From: a phage
DNA length: 40,867 nucleotides
Strand: one strand, 5' to 3'
Sequence record: PQ821741.1
In this document: piece after piece, positions 38,175 to 40,867 of the stretch
Layout: every line of letters starts with the position of its first letter
Position numbering within the stretch: position 1 is the stretch's first letter
Notes under the pieces: model-generated
What the model was told of the DNA's origin: nothing
Database searches by the model: none
What the model saw: the letters and a program-made list of their open reading frames with translations, nothing else
Program-made: the position numbers and the translations under genes

Positions 38175-39946
38175 TGAGGAAAGGTGTATCCGCTCAGTCC
38201 AATCGTAATGCGCTCGTTGTGGCGCAACTAAAGGGTGACTTCGTGGCGTTCCTGTTCGTCTTATGGAAGGCGTTAAACCTGCCAGTACCAACTAAGTGCC
38301 AAATTGACATGGCTAAGGTGCTGGCGAATGGGGACAACAAGAAGTTCATCCTACAGGCTTTCCGTGGTATCGGTAAGTCGTTCATCACGTGTGCGTTCGT
38401 TGTGTGGTCACTATGGAGGGACCCTCAGTTGAAGATACTTATCGTATCAGCTTCTAAAGAACGTGCAGACGCTAACTCCATATTCATCAAGAACATCATT
38501 GACCTGCTACCGTTTCTCAGTGAGTTGAAGCCGAGACCCGGACAGCGTGACTCTGTGATTAGCTTTGATGTTGGTCCTGCGAGTCCTGACCACTCTCCTA
38601 GTGTGAAATCAGTAGGTATCACTGGTCAGTTAACTGGTAGTCGTGCTGATATTATCATTGCAGATGACGTTGAGATTCCATCTAACAGCGCAACTATGGG
38701 TGCCCGTGAGAAGCTATGGACTCTTGTTCAGGAGTTCGCTGCGTTGCTTAAACCGCTGCCTTCCTCACGAGTTATCTACCTTGGCACACCTCAGACCGAG
38801 ATGACTCTCTATAAGGAACTTGAGGATAACCGTGGGTACACAACCATTATCTGGCCCGCTCTGTATCCAAGGACACGTGAAGAGAACCTCTATTACTCAC
38901 AGCGTCTTGCTCCTATGTTACGCGCTGAGTACGATGAGAACCCTGAGGCCCTCGCTGGGACTCCTACGGACCCTGTGCGCTTTGACCGTGATGACCTCCG
39001 TGAGCGTGAGTTGGAATACGGTAAGGCTGGCTTCACACTACAGTTCATGCTTAACCCGAACCTGAGTGATGCCGAGAAGTACCCTCTGAGGCTCCGTGAC
39101 GCTATCGTAGCGGCCTTAGACTTAGAGAAGGCACCAATGCATTACCAGTGGCTTCCGAACCGTCAGAACCTCATTGAGGACCTTCCTAACGTGGGCCTTA
39201 AGGGTGATGACCTGCACACCTACCACGATTGCTCCAATAACTCTGGTCAGTATCAACAGAAGATTCTGATTATTGACCCAAGTGGTCGTGGTAAGGACGA
39301 AACAGGTTACGCTGTGCTGTACACCCTCAACGGTTACATCTACCTTATGGAAGCTGGAGGTTTCCGTGATGGTTACTCTGATAAGACCCTTGAGTTGCTC
39401 GCTAAGAAAGCTAAGCAATGGGGAGTCCAGACGGTCGTCTATGAGAGTAACTTCGGTGACGGTATGTTTGGTAAGGTATTCAGTCCTATCCTTCTTAAAC
39501 ACCACAACTGTGCTATGGAAGAGATTCGTGCTCGTGGTATGAAGGAGATGCGCATTTGTGATACCCTTGAGCCAGTCATGCAGACTCACCGACTTGTCAT
39601 TCGTGATGAGGTCATTAGGGCCGACTATCAGTCCGCTCGTGATGTAGACGGTAAGCATGACGTTAAGTATTCACTGTTCTACCAGATGACTCGTATCACT
39701 CGTGAGAAAGGCGCTCTGGCCCATGATGACCGATTGGATGCCCTTGCGCTAGGCGTTGAGTATCTCCGTGAGTCCATGCAGTTGGATTCCGTTAAGGTCG
39801 AAGGTGAAGTGCTTGCTGACTTCCTTGAGGAACATATGATGCGTCCTACGGTTGCTGCTACGCATATCATTGAGATGTCTGTGGGAGGAGTTGATGTGTA
39901 CTCTGAGGACGATGAGGGCTACGGTACGTCTTTCATTGAGTGGTGA
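38174..39946 (+). CDS. 19: Terminase large subunit (DNA maturase B)
   Basis: 590 aa; T7 gp19 homolog. Confidence 0.96.
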   Translation: MRKGVSAQSNRNALVVAQLKGDFVAFLFVLWKALNLPVPTKCQIDMAKVLANGDNKKFILQAFRGIGKSFITCAFVVWSLWRDPQLKILIVSASKERADANSIFIKNIIDLLPFLSELKPRPGQRDSVISFDVGPASPDHSPSVKSVGITGQLTGSRADIIIADDVEIPSNSATMGAREKLWTLVQEFAALLKPLPSSRVIYLGTPQTEMTLYKELEDNRGYTTIIWPALYPRTREENLYYSQRLAPMLRAEYDENPEALAGTPTDPVRFDRDDLRERELEYGKAGFTLQFMLNPNLSDAEKYPLRLRDAIVAALDLEKAPMHYQWLPNRQNLIEDLPNVGLKGDDLHTYHDCSNNSGQYQQKILIIDPSGRGKDETGYAVLYTLNGYIYLMEAGGFRDGYSDKTLELLAKKAKQWGVQTVVYESNFGDGMFGKVFSPILLKHHNCAMEEIRARGMKEMRICDTLEPVMQTHRLVIRDEVIRADYQSARDVDGKHDVKYSLFYQMTRITREKGALAHDDRLDALALGVEYLRESMQLDSVKVEGEVLADFLEEHMMRPTVAATHIIEMSVGGVDVYSEDDEGYGTSFIEW

Positions 39947-40026
39947 TTTATGCATTAGGACTGCATAGGGATGCACTATAGACCACGGATGGTCAGTTCT
40001 TTAAGTTACTGAAAAGACACGATAAA

Positions 40027-40049
40027 TTAATACGACTCACTATAGGGAG
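40027..40049 (+). promoter_or_regulatory. T7 promoter phiOR
   Basis: taatacgactcactatagggaga. Confidence 0.9.
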
Positions 40050-40204
40050 AGGAGGGACGAAAGGTTACTATATAGATACTGAATGAATACTTATAGAGTG
40101 CATAAAGTATGCATAGTAGTGTACCTAAAGTGACCTCTAAGAATGGTGATTATATTGTATTAATATCACCTTAACTTAAAGTCCAACATAAAGGGAGGAG
40201 ACTC

Positions 40205-40354
40205 ATGTTCCGCTTATTGTTGAACCTACTGCGGCATAGAGTCACCTACCGATTTCTTGTGGTACTTTGTGCTGCCCTTGGGTACGCATCTCTTACTGGA
40301 GACCTCAGTTCACTGGAGTCTGCCGTTTGCTCTATACTCACTTGTAGCGATTAG
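40205..40354 (+). CDS. 19.5: Gp19.5
   Basis: 49 aa MFRLLLNLLRHRVTYRFLVVLCAALGYASLTGDLSSLESAVCSILTCSD; RBS aagggaggag. Confidence 0.85.
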   Translation: MFRLLLNLLRHRVTYRFLVVLCAALGYASLTGDLSSLESAVCSILTCSD

Positions 40355-40418
40355 GGTCTTCCTGACCGACTGATGGCTCACCGAGGGATTCAGCGGTATG
40401 ATTGCATCACACCACTTC

Positions 40419-40867
40419 ATCCCTATAGAGTCAAGTCCTAAGGTATACCCATAAAGAGCCTCTAATGGTCTATCCTAAGGTATATACCTAAAGATAGGCC
40501 ATCCTATCAGTGTCACCTAAAGAGGGTCTTAGAGATGGCCTAGGGAGTTCCTAGAGGGTCCTTTAAAATATACCATAAAAATCTGAGTGACTATCTCACA
40601 GTGTACGGACCTAAAGTTCCCCCATAGGGGTACCTAAAGCCCAGCCAATCACCTAAAGTCAACCTTCGGTTGACCTTGAGGGTCCCTAAGGGTTAGGGTT
40701 GACCCTTTGAGTGGGCCTTGGGTGTTACCTTGAGTGTCTCTCTGTGTCCCTATCTGTTACAGCCTCCTAAAGTATCCTCCTAAAGTATCCTCCTAAAGTC
40801 ACCTCCTAAAGTCATTCCTACCGTCTACAACCTAAAGACTACACCTAAAGACCCATCAAGTCAACGC
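40419..40867. repeat. Right copy of 449-bp direct repeat (wrap-around into the genome left end)
   Basis: Identical to 32-480 except one mismatch. Confidence 0.95.
40594..40751 (+). repeat. T7-type terminal repeat, right copy
   Basis: Identical to 207-364. Confidence 0.8.

Noticed and set aside
39122-39658. 178-aa ORF on the minus strand
   Set aside because: Antisense to terminase large subunit gene 19.

Overview
The window is a near-complete T7-like (Teseptimavirus-type) coliphage genome. Every gene recognised is on the + strand, in canonical T7 order: early (ocr 0.3, 0.4, 0.5, 0.7 kinase, gene 1 RNA polymerase, 1.1, 1.2, 1.3 ligase), DNA metabolism (1.6-6.7), then structural and packaging genes (7-19.5). 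It carries 17 T7-type promoters (consensus TAATACGACTCACTATAGGGAGA) plus one duplicated copy, sigma70-type early promoters, RNase III hairpins, and the TE and Tphi terminators. The window wraps past the genome ends: bases 32-480 are repeated at 40419-40867 (one mismatch), and this includes the ~158-bp terminal repeat. Gene names and the comparisons to T7 come from memory of the T7 map, not from a search. Relative to T7, the window appears to lack genes 2.8, 3.8, 5.3 and 7.7 and to gain an HNH homing-endonuclease gene between phi1.3 and the ligase. What the T7 gene map does not explain: (i) five exact short tandem duplications (410, 214, 163, 117 and 269 bp), four of them with 1-3 bp junction microhomology, which create chimeric ORFs, a second TE/phi1.5 copy and a 39-aa in-frame repeat of the DNA polymerase catalytic motif; (ii) a tail-fibre gene 17 interrupted by in-frame stops inside a 68-bp imperfect repeat; (iii) a promoterless second tail-fibre tip cassette behind a 298-bp exact direct repeat, the most interesting feature; (iv) a 31-bp inverted segment at the window start. 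Several of these may be assembly or construction artefacts rather than biology, and the sequence alone cannot decide.
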